From positions 1 to 64,000 of the forward strand of contig JANNXA010000028.1 in NCBI GenBank assembly GCA_031409275.1: a stretch of 64,000 bases of DNA, in the 5' to 3' direction. Positions 47,101 to 56,775 of the stretch are shown piece by piece. How positions within the stretch are numbered: the stretch's first letter is position 1; each line of letters opens with the position of its first letter. Below the pieces are notes generated by a model that was given only the letters and a program-made list of their open reading frames with translations, had not been told where the DNA came from and did no database searches. This stretch comes from Planctomycetota bacterium. GTDB taxonomy: Bacteria; Planctomycetota; B15-G4; SIAN01. The position numbers and the translations under genes were made by a program.

Positions 47101-47397
47101 CGCGTCGACTTCGAGCTCGGCGCAGCGTGGGCTGGCCAGCCGGCGCGCGCCGTCTTCGAGGGGATCGACGACAGCGCGATCGTCTGGCTCGATGGTCGTG
47201 AAGTGGGGCGCTTTGGCGATCCCGCAACGAACACGACGATCTGGCTGCAAGCGCAGCAGGCCGAGCTTGGCGCGCTCGCTCCCGGCAACCACACGCTCAC
47301 GCTGCGCGTCGTCGACCACGCCGGTGCTGGCGGCCTCTGGAAGCCCGTCTACCTCACGAGTGGCCCGGTCGGCGAGGTGCGCACGCTGCTCGAGTGA
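44134..47397 (+). CDS. Glycoside hydrolase family 2-like protein with additional C-terminal sugar-binding domain
   Basis: LNGPW, GVAWLRR, H.GGWTPF, GGIWQDV, VGFRS, MGFN, LCDEMGILVWQE. Second sugar-binding module YTGIAWYR...FEGIDD...GGLWKPV. Confidence 0.85.
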   Translation: MSTTVALLVAVAAFAQQRIPLNGPWEIAPEPAAAATATAGTRSAPPPRYDQTVTVPSAFETALGVDFDGVAWLRRTLPLTEEQRGARVRVEFAAAATAARVLVNGVEVGRHLGGWTPFAFELTAARAADGSPALRFDGSDVLEVELDEKVGHNTQGFLPIIQPHFGGIWQDVTMCVDRGPTIDRAELWSFGKYDPTSGGGELTVRVPWRAGRATEGERAPASIAVELFDDQKPLAKEVVIVSEGGSRERLRSGSGLVAPDGSVEIRLPLARVGPWRPGLATLYRLRAQLLDAKGTVLDQAERNVGFRSLAVDGTTILWNGAPLQVRGLLHWGYSPPHLAPPTERAYWREQLEALRAMGFNTLKCCLWVPPSCVYELCDEMGILVWQEYPTWHPQMDEAHRAELRREYEEFFAHDGRHACVAFRSITCETGQSAELAVVKELFEACKAAVPDTLVVDDSSWIGWQRITDFWDEHPYGNHRWWPQRLADFAQHQIEKGKKPLLLGECMAGDTWADRAAWDARWGAEEQATGKKWWRPDCYEAQANFEEWLTEECGAETVASLLPTSLETALEARKYQIETLRATLPDAGYVVSVARDFAKARMGLWDDLGRPKWPLSKNSGVGDAWSWHGDTMLSLRTHGERRGFVDRIELPVVATIFRPAFQPDLPQRDAHKWNRWDLRVSARLDGGRMESANWAKGVIEYDPPTAAPPVTLGIAPSTSTTPRVWVVEASLSHRVSDEFKAMFGRRYRSVNDQNSWRLWQLPPFPSTLPPSVREVDHLDAATLDFLEQGGRVLLKVAGAKHTLKSDGMWWLRGAPFTPPHPVHATVPADMLRELQPFDLDGERVMPWTVLRGQVDPILAFWETHDIAEVRAHLFAFDTRVGKGRLLASCLDTTSDAGRYVRSAFARHLADGPAPKRELAPATIAALRGLFAEQRLDLPTWRFTMDPDDQGLAAGYAQPSFDVAKWRDMQAGSHWENHGDDVKHYTGIAWYRVDFELGAAWAGQPARAVFEGIDDSAIVWLDGREVGRFGDPATNTTIWLQAQQAELGALAPGNHTLTLRVVDHAGAGGLWKPVYLTSGPVGEVRTLLE

Positions 47398-47496
47398 CGC
47401 AGACAGCAATCGCTGGACGATCACTCCCGTTGCGTGGATCATCGCTCGTTGCTCGCTGTTAGGCGCTCTGAACCCCGTTCTCCGCTGGAGTGAACC

Positions 47497-48039
47497 ATGC
47501 ACAAGCCGATCGCCCTCGTCGTCGCGTTGGTCCTTGCGCCAATCGTCGGCGCCTTCCTTCTCGTCAACCACTCCTCGGGCTCGGCTCACGCCGCCGCGAG
47601 CAGCGCGCCCGCCATCGGGGGCGACTCGCCGCCCTGGTACGCGCAGGTCCGCGCCGAGTACGTCGTCCTCTATGGCAACCGCGACCAATCGTTCACGACC
47701 TTCACGATCATGAACCGCAGTCTCACGAAGTCGCTCTTCCTCGGCGACGTCTGGGCGATGGGTCCGGACGGTCTCGCCGAGGTCTTGAGCGTCCACACCG
47801 GCTTGAACGGCATCGAGCTGCCCCCGCTCGGCAGCGTCGACGTCGCCGTCGATTCGACGAGCTTCCCGGGGCTGCAGCCGGAGCTCGAGATTGGCGATCG
47901 CGGCCTCGAGAGCATCGCGGTGAGCTGGATCGGGCCGAAGGATGCGTTGCGCCTCTCGGCGGGGATCCTGCGCAACCAGCCGGGCACGCTCGACAACCGC
48001 GTGATGACCTGGATCGAAGGACACGTCGTCACGAAGTGA
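47497..48039 (+). CDS. Hypothetical exported protein (possibly DUF3124-like)
   Basis: Signal/TM segment, beta-rich body (TFTIMN...LPPLGS). GGAG RBS. Confidence 0.6.
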   Translation: MHKPIALVVALVLAPIVGAFLLVNHSSGSAHAAASSAPAIGGDSPPWYAQVRAEYVVLYGNRDQSFTTFTIMNRSLTKSLFLGDVWAMGPDGLAEVLSVHTGLNGIELPPLGSVDVAVDSTSFPGLQPELEIGDRGLESIAVSWIGPKDALRLSAGILRNQPGTLDNRVMTWIEGHVVTK

Positions 48040-48134
48040 ATGTGAGGGCCGGCGGCGTCGCGGGCGCCTGATGCGCCGCGGCGCGCGCCGGATTCCCCAT
48101 CTCACCCCGCTTCGCACGCTCCCCGGAGCCCCGC

Positions 48135-48503
48135 ATGTCCCCGAAGATGTCGAAAGCCAAGGACGCCGAGTCGCTGCTCGCCGAGCTTCCGTCGTCGCTG
48201 CGCGCGGTGACGAAGCGGCTGCGTGCGTTCGTCCACGAGCACGCGCCGAAGCTCGTCGAGCAGGTGAAGTGGGGGAGCCTCTGCTTCGTCGGTCGCGGCG
48301 TCGTCTGCTACACCCACGCGCTTGCCGAGCACGTCGACTTCGGCTTCTTCCAGGGCGCGTTGCTCGACGATCCGTCGAAGGTCCTGCAGGGGAAGGGGAA
48401 GTTCCTCCGCCACGTGAAGGTGCGCAAGCCGGCTGACGTGAAGGAGAAGCAGCTCGCCCCGTTCTTGAAGCAGGCGCTCGCGCTCGACGCGAAGCGAAGC
48501 TGA
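48135..48503 (+). CDS. DUF1801 (YdhG-like) protein
   Basis: EQVKWG...HVDFGFFQGALLDDP..VLQGKGKFLRHVK. Confidence 0.85.
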   Translation: MSPKMSKAKDAESLLAELPSSLRAVTKRLRAFVHEHAPKLVEQVKWGSLCFVGRGVVCYTHALAEHVDFGFFQGALLDDPSKVLQGKGKFLRHVKVRKPADVKEKQLAPFLKQALALDAKRS

Positions 48504-48729
48504 CGAGGCGTCCCGCCGCCGGGCAACTCCAGGCCGGCGACGCCAGCGCCTCGCGGCACCGCTTGTTCCAGGCGATGCGCGCGCCTCTTCCCGTGGAGTG
48601 AGAAGCACGACCCATCCACTCGCGTCGCGATCGTCGCCGCTGCATCGCGACCGTCCGAGCCGGGCTCGTTTGCCCGCGGCCTCGCGTTTGCCAAGGCTCC
48701 TCTCATCCCACCGTCACGAGGAGAAGCCG

Positions 48730-49173
48730 ATGCACATGTCCGATCTGATGACCCGCAATGTCTTCAAAGTGCGAAGCAGCGTCGACGCCGAGAGCGCCTT
48801 CACTCTGATGCGCTCGAAGGGGATCCACCACCTTGCCGTGCAGGATGGCGACCGCGTCGTGGGCGTCCTGACCGAGCGCGATCTCGGCGGTTCGCGCGGG
48901 GTGGCCCTGCGTCGCGGCAAGTTCGTCTCCGAGCTGATGGCGCGCGAAGTCGTGACGGTGTCGCCCGGCACCACGGTGCGTGAGGCGGCCACCAAGATGC
49001 GCGCGCGCTCGATCGGCTCGGTCCTGGTGACCGAAGGTGCCACGGTCTGCGGCATCGTCACCGTCTCCGATCTGCTCGGCCTGCTGGCGAGCGACGGCCG
49101 ACCGGCACCGGTGAAAAAGAGGTTCGCCGACGGCAGGCCACGTCCGGCGAAGACGCTCGGCTACAAGCGCTGA
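48730..49173 (+). CDS. CBS-domain pair protein
   Basis: MSDLMT, IHHLAV, VVGVLTERDL, V.ELM, IGSVLV, GIVTVSDLL. GAGGAG RBS. Confidence 0.9.
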   Translation: MHMSDLMTRNVFKVRSSVDAESAFTLMRSKGIHHLAVQDGDRVVGVLTERDLGGSRGVALRRGKFVSELMAREVVTVSPGTTVREAATKMRARSIGSVLVTEGATVCGIVTVSDLLGLLASDGRPAPVKKRFADGRPRPAKTLGYKR

Positions 49174-49274
49174 ACCCGGCTCGCCGGGCCGTCCACCGAC
49201 GCCTGTCGCGCCCCGCCCTTTTGGCATCGAGCGGCTGGGCTACCCTTGTCCCATCGCCCCAAGGGAGCCGCTCG

Positions 49275-50219
49275 ATGCCGTCCATTTCGCCGTTCGGTGG
49301 CGCTTTGCTTGGCGCTGCGCTCCTCCTCGTGCCACACGCTGCGCCGCAATCCGCGACGAAGGCTGCGACGCAAGCGGCGTCGCCCGCCGCCGACGCGAAG
49401 GGCTACGAGGCACTGGTTGGCACGTGGCTCTACTCCGGCGACATGACGCCCGACCGCCCGGTCGCGGAGCGCTCGCCCAACTACGGCTCGGTCTTCACCT
49501 TCCGCGTCGAGGAGAAGGCGATCGTGCTGGAGCGCCCGCTCTCGACGGACGTCGCGCCGCGGCGTTTCGCCATCGACGGCGGCGAGCGCACCGAGACCGT
49601 GAACGACCGCACGACCACGCTCATCGGTCGCTGGCGCGACGGGGCCTTGCACGCCTCGGTGCGGATCGATGCCCCCGAGAACGGGAAGCGCGTGGTCACG
49701 GAAATGAGCTACATCTTCACGCCCGTCGCCGACGGACTGCGCGTCGCCATGAAATTCGTCGAGCCGGGCGCGATGGAGAGGATCTGCATCTATCGCCAGC
49801 GCGAGCAGATCGAGCCGCGCGAGCCGGTCGCGGCGAAGGCGGAGGAACTCGCGTGGCTGGCCGGGAATTGGCGCGGCGAGCGCCGGAAGGCGTCGATCGA
49901 AGAGCGCTGGAGCGTGCCGGCGGGCGGCGCCCTGCTCGGGACGTCGCGCACGGTGAGCGGCGCGAAGATGACCGCCTTCGAGTACCTGCGGATCGTCGAG
50001 GCGGGAGGCCGCCTCGTCTACGTCGCGCAGCCCGGCGGCAAGCCGCCGACCGAGTTCACGCTGGTCGAGCTCGACGAGTCGCGCGCGGTCTTCGAAAACC
50101 CGTTCCACGACTTCCCGCAGCGGATCAGCTACGAACGCGTCGACGACCAGCTCACGGCCGAGATCAGCCGCATCGACGGCGGCGGCCCGCAGCGCTTCGA
50201 CTTCAGTCTCTCGGAGTGA
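49275..50219 (+). CDS. Exported two-domain protein with C-terminal DUF6265-like domain
   Basis: LAWLAGNW...EERW..P.GG.LLG...FEYLRI...AVFENPFHDFPQRISY. Confidence 0.75.
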   Translation: MPSISPFGGALLGAALLLVPHAAPQSATKAATQAASPAADAKGYEALVGTWLYSGDMTPDRPVAERSPNYGSVFTFRVEEKAIVLERPLSTDVAPRRFAIDGGERTETVNDRTTTLIGRWRDGALHASVRIDAPENGKRVVTEMSYIFTPVADGLRVAMKFVEPGAMERICIYRQREQIEPREPVAAKAEELAWLAGNWRGERRKASIEERWSVPAGGALLGTSRTVSGAKMTAFEYLRIVEAGGRLVYVAQPGGKPPTEFTLVELDESRAVFENPFHDFPQRISYERVDDQLTAEISRIDGGGPQRFDFSLSE

Positions 50220-50271
50220 TCGCGGCGCGGGGGACCTCCCGGTCGCGCGTCGCTGGCGCGCGACGTGCCGA

Positions 50272-53200
50272 TCACCGATCGCGCGGCGTGGCGAGTTCGA
50301 GGAGGACTTCGCGCGGTGCGCCCCGTGCCAGCGTCACCGTCGCTTCGGCGCGAGCGCCATCGGCGGCGGTCACTTCGAGCGTCCACTCGCCGGGCGCGAG
50401 GCAGCGTTCGATCGTGATGGCCGGGTCGGCTGGCAGCGGGCGCAACTCTTCGTCGAGCGATTCACCGGCGCTGTCGGTGGCGACGAGCCGCAGCGTGGCG
50501 CCCAACCCAGCACCGTCCGCGCGCAACAGCGCCAGCTTCACCTTCACTCCCGTCTCGAGGTCGAGCGCGACCTCGGTGGCGCGCCCCGCCTCGCAATGGA
50601 CTGGCACGCGCTGCCACGCGAGGCCGTCGCCCACCACTTCGATGGTGTAGTCACCGGGCGCCACTTCTTCGCGGCGCAGCGTGTCGCCGTCGACGGTGAA
50701 CGCGCTGCTGGCTTGGCCGCCGCTGCGCAGCTCGAGGTCGGCCGGTTTCGTTCGCACGCCGTCATCGCGCCGCGCGCGGACGATCAGCGTCGCAGCTCGT
50801 TCAAGCGCGAGATCGCCGAGGTCGCGCACCTCGCCCGGTTGCAGCGCGGACACGGTGGCTGATCGACTCGCGAGCCCGTCCGCGTTGGCGATCAGCCAGT
50901 AATTCCCCGCCGGCAGCGGTCCGAGTTCGAAGCGGCCGTCGGCCATGACCGGCACCGCCAGCACGCTGTGGCCGCCCTCCTCGGCGAACTGGAGGCTCGG
51001 TGTCGCAAGTGGCTGGCTGTCGGCGGCGACGATGCGGCCGCGGATCGACGCTGCTGCACGCTGATCCGCGCCGATCACCACGACCTGCTCGTCGCCGCCA
51101 GGGCGCAAGACGACGCCGCGACGTGCCGCGAAGAGCGCCGACAAGCCATCGTTGTGGAAGAAGGAGGCTTCGTACGGCAAGTCGCCGCAGTCGTCCTGGG
51201 CGAAGCGGCCTTCCGCGTCCGTCGTCAGCGGCAACGGCGTCGTCGCCGCGTTGAGGTCGCTGGGCACCAGCTCGACGCGGATGCCCGCGCAGCCGACGCC
51301 GGCGTCGTCGACGACGCGACCCCGCAGCGTCAGCGACGGCTGTAGCACGAGCTGCTCGTTGCGCGCGCTGCCATCGAGCTGCAGGAGTCGCTTCGCCGCG
51401 GTCCGGCCCGCAACGCGCGCCGACAGGAGACCGGGAGTCGTCGGAATGTGGTCGAAGCTCACGCGGCCGCTTGCCGGCGTTGTCGCCGTTCGCAGCACGC
51501 GGCGCACCTGGAACGGGCCGACCAGCAACTGCAACTGAACGGTCGCACCTTCGATGCCGACGCCGCGACCATCGACCGCCTGCACGTCGAGCGTGCCGCC
51601 CGCTTCGAGCGTGAAGTCGCGCACGATCTCGGCGGCGGCGACCTCGAGCTCGGTCGATTGCATCGCGAAGCGCGGCTCGTCGATCAGCAGGTCGATCGTC
51701 CCGAACGGAACCGCGGACAAGGTGAAGGTGCCGTCGGCGGCGCTGCGCGCGATGGACGGCGGCGGATTGCCGAGGATGCGTCCATCGCTCGTGATCCGCG
51801 AACCGCGCGAGTCGTCGACTGCCAGCACCATCGCACCCGCAATCGGAGCACCATCGACACGCTGGATGCGGCCGCGGATCGTCGCCCCCGGCCGATCGAG
51901 CTGCAGCTCGACCGGTTCGCTGCGGCCTGATCGGTTGCAGTCGACCGTCACCACTTCCGACCAGCCAAACCCGTTCGCGCGCGCCGCGGCGTAGTGCGAG
52001 GGGCCGACGGCGGCCACTTCGAACTCGCCCCGCTCATCGCTCGTTGCCACGAAATCACCAGGACACCAGGTTTGCGGCCGATCGCTGACCCAGATCTGCG
52101 CGCCGGCGATCGGACGATGGCCGCCATCGACGATGATGCCGCGCACCGATGCTCCCACCGGCAGGGTCAGCGTCGCCTCGGCGATCGCATCGGCCACCAG
52201 CGTGACCGGCAGGACTCCCGATTCAGCGGCGTCGCCCAACGCGGTCTCGTCGGCTCGAGCGGCGAATCCTGCGGCCGCCACGAGGACGTCGCCCGGTTCG
52301 AGGTCGTCGAGGAAGAGCTCGCCGGCGTCGTTCGTTGCGTCGCGTCGCAACGCATCGAGGTCGTCGCTCGTCGCGCCGGTGTCGTGCGGTTCGATGCGAA
52401 GGCGCACGTGCGGTGCGACGCGGCCGTCGAGCCAGACCGACTTGACGCGCAGTGCCGCTCGGCCCGGCAGCGGATGCGGTGCGTTGAACGGAGCATCCGG
52501 GGCGTTGGCGAGCGCCCGCTCGGCGTGGATGGGAGTTGCGGCGGCCGGGGCGTCGGCGAATGCGGGCTCGGCCGTGAGGACACGATCGTGGTCGGGCGCT
52601 TCGACCCGCGGTGCACGATCGCCAAGCCCGCCGCCGGCGAAGAGCCAGACGCTGCCGGCGACGACGGTGGCGACGGCGGCAAGAGCGAGCTTCGAAGTGG
52701 TCGACATCGCGAGTGGAACTCCGATCAGCGCGCCGCCCGCCGCGGCGACAGTGGCGGCAGTGGAAGCAGAAGCGGAAGTGGTGCCGGAGGCGGACGCCGA
52801 AGTGGGCGCGGTGTCAGGCAGTGGTGCGAGCGGCAGCGGCGTCGGCACGACGAAGGTCGCCAGCGGCAGCAGCGCGGCCAGCAGTTCGCCGCGGCCGCCC
52901 ATCTCCGCTTCGAGCTGCGTGCGCAGTTGCTCCAGCGCGCGCCGCAATCGTGTGCGCGCCGTCTCGAGCGGAAGCCCCAAGCGCTGCGCTGCCTGCGCGA
53001 CGGTCAGCCCCTCGAAGTGGTGGAGCAGCACGACGTCGCGATACGCCGGCGTCAGTGCCAGCACGCGGTCGGCGAGGCGCCGGTGCATCTCGACGCGCGC
53101 GGCGATCGCGGCAGGAGAGTGGTCGGCGGGGCTCGCGAAGCCGGCGGCCGACGCCACCTCCTGCTCGCGCCGCTCGCGTCGATGTTCACCGCGCCGACGA

Positions 53201-53409
53201 TCGTGCGCGAGGTTGGCGACGACGCGCCCGAGCCACGCGCGCACACTGCGCGGCCGCGCGTGCGGCTCCTCGATCGCCCGCAGGTAGCTCTCCTGCACCA
53301 CGTCGTCCGCCGTCGCCGCATCACGGACCAGCTGCCTCGCGACGCTTCGCAGGAAGCGCTGCTGCGCGACGATCTCGGTGACTGGAAGCGGGTCAGGAGG
53401 AGGAGGCAT
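50272..53409 (-). CDS. ECF RNA polymerase sigma factor fused to a TM helix and extracytoplasmic carboxypeptidase-regulatory-like (Ig/transthyretin) repeats
   Basis: Sigma2 (ADDVVQE, WLGRVVANL), sigma4 (YRDVVLLHHFEGL...ETARTRLRR), TM helix, repeated GRVVD..G.PI.GA.V / TDAEGRF motifs. Confidence 0.9.
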   Translation of the reverse strand: MPPPPDPLPVTEIVAQQRFLRSVARQLVRDAATADDVVQESYLRAIEEPHARPRSVRAWLGRVVANLAHDRRRGEHRRERREQEVASAAGFASPADHSPAAIAARVEMHRRLADRVLALTPAYRDVVLLHHFEGLTVAQAAQRLGLPLETARTRLRRALEQLRTQLEAEMGGRGELLAALLPLATFVVPTPLPLAPLPDTAPTSASASGTTSASASTAATVAAAGGALIGVPLAMSTTSKLALAAVATVVAGSVWLFAGGGLGDRAPRVEAPDHDRVLTAEPAFADAPAAATPIHAERALANAPDAPFNAPHPLPGRAALRVKSVWLDGRVAPHVRLRIEPHDTGATSDDLDALRRDATNDAGELFLDDLEPGDVLVAAAGFAARADETALGDAAESGVLPVTLVADAIAEATLTLPVGASVRGIIVDGGHRPIAGAQIWVSDRPQTWCPGDFVATSDERGEFEVAAVGPSHYAAARANGFGWSEVVTVDCNRSGRSEPVELQLDRPGATIRGRIQRVDGAPIAGAMVLAVDDSRGSRITSDGRILGNPPPSIARSAADGTFTLSAVPFGTIDLLIDEPRFAMQSTELEVAAAEIVRDFTLEAGGTLDVQAVDGRGVGIEGATVQLQLLVGPFQVRRVLRTATTPASGRVSFDHIPTTPGLLSARVAGRTAAKRLLQLDGSARNEQLVLQPSLTLRGRVVDDAGVGCAGIRVELVPSDLNAATTPLPLTTDAEGRFAQDDCGDLPYEASFFHNDGLSALFAARRGVVLRPGGDEQVVVIGADQRAAASIRGRIVAADSQPLATPSLQFAEEGGHSVLAVPVMADGRFELGPLPAGNYWLIANADGLASRSATVSALQPGEVRDLGDLALERAATLIVRARRDDGVRTKPADLELRSGGQASSAFTVDGDTLRREEVAPGDYTIEVVGDGLAWQRVPVHCEAGRATEVALDLETGVKVKLALLRADGAGLGATLRLVATDSAGESLDEELRPLPADPAITIERCLAPGEWTLEVTAADGARAEATVTLARGAPREVLLELATPRDR

Positions 53410-53512
53410 GCGAAGAAGACGCCGCCGATGGGGCGGGCGGGTTCAGGAAAGGGGGGTGGCGGCGCCAGCCGCCGACTCGTGTGGCGAATCAGCGGGCGCT
53501 GCGTCGTCCCAC

Positions 53513-53794
53513 TTACCTCGGCGTCGGCTTGGTCGGCGACACTCCGGCGACGATGCGCCAAAGATAGTTGCGGTCGACCTCGACGCCCGAGGCGCGATCG
53601 CCGCGGAGCGCGACGGCGCCGATGGGGCTCTGCGCGGCCGTCACGCGGAAGCGGTGGCCTTTGTCGCAGTTCCAGTTCTGGCCGCCGCGCGGCGGGCCGG
53701 TCATCGGCGCTCCGCAGCGGCAGACGAGCACCGGCTCGGTGCCAGCGACCGGGACGACCACCGCCGCCGCAACCGGGATCACCTCTTCCGCCAT
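53513..53794 (-). CDS. Small hypothetical protein with putative zinc ribbon (CRCG...CDKGH), 93 aa
   Basis: GGAG RBS before ATG 53794; MAEEVIPV...VCRCGAPM...WNCDKGHRF...; TAA stop. Confidence 0.5.
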   Translation of the reverse strand: MAEEVIPVAAAVVVPVAGTEPVLVCRCGAPMTGPPRGGQNWNCDKGHRFRVTAAQSPIGAVALRGDRASGVEVDRNYLWRIVAGVSPTKPTPR

Positions 53795-54082
53795 CGCAAA
53801 CTCCATCGGTGGCGCGCAGCGCGTGAGGGCGCGGCACCGGTGGCCCCGCGCGCTCGGCCCGGTCGTGACGGTGGCGTCATCATGCAGGTCAAGTTCGCGA
53901 AGGCGGCGAACCAACTGTCGGAGTCTTGCACGACGGTTTTCCGAGCACCCGCTGCCCCGCGATGGACCGGATCGGCGCTGCGCGGCATCCCGGGGCGGCG
54001 CGGCGACAGCGTTCGATCGGCATACCGGCCGTCGACATCGCCGCGGGAGCGGCGGACGATGCGTGATCGGGAGGAGGCGACC

Positions 54083-56746
54083 ATGGACGATCCGGAACTG
54101 CTGCTGAGCCATCGCGACTTCGTCCATGCCGTGGCGGGTGCGCTGGTGCGCGATGCAGCGACCGCCGACGATGTCGCGCAGGAGACGTTCGTCGCCGCAT
54201 GGCGCGCTCGCGGGGCGACGATCGATTCGCCGCGCGGCTTCCTGGCGACGCTGGCCACCAACTTCGCGCGGCAGTTCCGGCGCGGCGAGCAGCGGCGCGT
54301 CTCGCGCGAGCAGCGCGCCGCGATCGCCGAGCGCATCCCTTCCGTGCACGACATCGCCGAGCGCGAGGAGCGACGTCGTGCCGTCGTCGCGGCGGTGCTG
54401 TCGCTGGAGGTCACCTACCGCGACGTCGTGCTCCTGCGCTACTACGAAGCGCTCCCGCCGCGGGCGATCGCGCGCCAGCTCGGAATGCCGGTCGAGACGG
54501 TCCGGACGCGGCTGAAGCGGGGGCTCGAGCGGATCCGGGCGCGGTTGGTCGCGGTCGAACGCGGCGATCCGCGAGCGCTGCTCGCATGGCTGCTGCCGCT
54601 GGCTCGAGTGTCGACGGGATCGGCGTCCCGAGCGAAGGTGGGGCTCCTCGTCGGTGGTGCACTGACGCTCCTGTTAACCGGCGGCGTCGCGCTCGAAGTC
54701 GTCCGCCGCTCGGCGCAGGGAGCGGCGTGGCGCGCCGACCCGTCGATCGACCAGCCGGTCGGGGACACCTCGGCGCACGACGAAGCCTCGCAAGAGATCC
54801 GCGTCGAGCGCGTCCTCGCCGCTGCGGCCTCCATCGCACCCGATCCGTCGCTCGCGCCGCCACTCGCCGTCGACGGTCCGCAGATCGCCGGATCGGTGGT
54901 CGACGCGCGCGGTGCGCCGATCGTCGGTGCCGAGGTGTTCGCGTGGCCCGACATCGTCGAGACGCCGATCGAGCTCGACGACCCGGCGGCGCCAGCCGCT
55001 CGACCCCGCGCGCTCAGCGGCGCGGAGGGCCAGTTCACCCTTTCTCTGCCAGCCGGCGCTCCGGACGGCTTCACGCTCTTCGCCCGTCGCGACGGCTTCT
55101 CGGCCGGAGTCGTTCGCGGCATCGAGCCCGCACGGGACGATGTCCGCCTGGTGCTCGAGGACGTCGAGAAGCTGTTCGGCCGCGTGGTCGATCGACGCGG
55201 CGATCCGATCGTGGGAGCGAGCGTGCGTGCGCTGGCGCTCCACGGTGGCGCGAAGATCCAGCGGCGGGGCCGCACCGACGCGAGCGGCGCCTTCGAGATC
55301 GAGGCGCCGTTGGCCGATCGGGCCGCCTGGCAAGGAGACAGCGAAAGCTGGCGCTGGTGGCTCGAAGCGAGCGCCGAAGGCTTCGCGCCGCGCGTGATCG
55401 GAAACGACCGCACCCTCGTCGCCGACGGCGCGCTGCGAGTGCCGATCGAGATCGTGTTGGTTGCGGGGGCGCGCTGCAGTGGCCGCGTCGTCACCGCGCA
55501 AGGCGGTGGTGCGGTGGCGGGTGCCCGCGTCGTCGCGGTCGCGTTCGAGGAGTTCTTCTGCTACGCGCGCCACGCCGGCGGCGTTTTGCAGAGCCCCTAC
55601 CACTCCCGGATCCTTGCCGAGACCCGCAGCGATGCGAGCGGTGCGTTCGAGTTCGACCACCTTCCGGCGCGCCGCGGGGCCGTCGGTTCCGCCGACGAGT
55701 CGCTTCCCGAACTGATGCAGCTGTTCGTCATCGCGTCTGGCTTCGCGATCGGTTTTGCCGACCTGCGTGCGATCGACGACGGAGGCGACGGCGAACAGAC
55801 GGTCGAGCTGTGGCGAGCGGCCACCATCACCGGTCGCGTGGTCGACGGCGACGGTGCGCCGATCGCTGGCGTCCGGGTCGCCGTCCTGGGCGAGCGCGGG
55901 CTGCCATCGCGCGCGACGCCACCGGAGTGCGTCGCCACCGATTTTGCGTCGGTCGTCCGGACCGACGCGGCGGGGGAGTACCGCTTCGACGGGGTCAGCG
56001 CCGACGCGACGCTGCCGATCGAATGGAGCGTGACCGTCGACGACCTCGATTGGACCGATGCGATGGAAGGCGCCAGCGTGAAAGTCGCGGTGCGCGCCGG
56101 CGAGACTCGTCGCGCTCCCGACCTCCTGGCAGTGCACGAAAGGGCGGTGGCGATCGAGGTGGTCGATTCGCGTGGCGCTCCGATCTCCGCGGCGCGCGTC
56201 ACGCTGCTCCCCGGCGGCGCGGAGTCTCGTTTCACGGACATGGAAGGCCGCTTGGCGTGGAGCGCGCCCGACGCATACGAGGTGGATGAACGCGGGACGG
56301 CTCGACGAGTCGGGGAGAGCCTGCGCTTTCTCGTCGCGCGCCGTGGCTACGCGTCGGCTCTGACGCCTGCGGTCACTCCCGATCAGGCTGCACCGCCGCG
56401 ATTGCGCGTCGAGCTGCCGGACGCGCACATCTTGGAGGGCGTTGTCCTCGATCCGCTGCTGCGGCCCTCCCCGAATGCGTCGGTTCGCGTGCTGCGCCAC
56501 CCGCCATCGAGCGAGGATCTCGAGGCGCTGAGAGGAGGTCGCGTCATCGATCCCACGCGAACGGTCTCTTGGGTCGCCTGCGACGCCGCCGGCCATTTCC
56601 GACTCGATGACCTCCCCGCCGGTTCAGCCATCCTGTGGGTCGAGCCGGTGCCGATCGCGACCGGAACTGGACGCGGTCGCGCCACCCTCTTCCTCGAGGT
56701 TCCTCTCGATGGCGACCCCTTCACCGCGCGCCTCGACGACGATTGA
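54083..56746 (+). CDS. ECF sigma factor fused to a TM helix and carboxypeptidase-regulatory-like repeats
   Basis: GGAGGAGG RBS. ADDVAQE, YRDVVLLRYYE...ETVRTRLKRG, TM helix, repeated GRVVD.RG.PI.GA.V. Confidence 0.9.
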   Translation: MDDPELLLSHRDFVHAVAGALVRDAATADDVAQETFVAAWRARGATIDSPRGFLATLATNFARQFRRGEQRRVSREQRAAIAERIPSVHDIAEREERRRAVVAAVLSLEVTYRDVVLLRYYEALPPRAIARQLGMPVETVRTRLKRGLERIRARLVAVERGDPRALLAWLLPLARVSTGSASRAKVGLLVGGALTLLLTGGVALEVVRRSAQGAAWRADPSIDQPVGDTSAHDEASQEIRVERVLAAAASIAPDPSLAPPLAVDGPQIAGSVVDARGAPIVGAEVFAWPDIVETPIELDDPAAPAARPRALSGAEGQFTLSLPAGAPDGFTLFARRDGFSAGVVRGIEPARDDVRLVLEDVEKLFGRVVDRRGDPIVGASVRALALHGGAKIQRRGRTDASGAFEIEAPLADRAAWQGDSESWRWWLEASAEGFAPRVIGNDRTLVADGALRVPIEIVLVAGARCSGRVVTAQGGGAVAGARVVAVAFEEFFCYARHAGGVLQSPYHSRILAETRSDASGAFEFDHLPARRGAVGSADESLPELMQLFVIASGFAIGFADLRAIDDGGDGEQTVELWRAATITGRVVDGDGAPIAGVRVAVLGERGLPSRATPPECVATDFASVVRTDAAGEYRFDGVSADATLPIEWSVTVDDLDWTDAMEGASVKVAVRAGETRRAPDLLAVHERAVAIEVVDSRGAPISAARVTLLPGGAESRFTDMEGRLAWSAPDAYEVDERGTARRVGESLRFLVARRGYASALTPAVTPDQAAPPRLRVELPDAHILEGVVLDPLLRPSPNASVRVLRHPPSSEDLEALRGGRVIDPTRTVSWVACDAAGHFRLDDLPAGSAILWVEPVPIATGTGRGRATLFLEVPLDGDPFTARLDDD

Positions 56747-56775
56747 TCGACACCATCGAGGCGGCGAACCAACCC

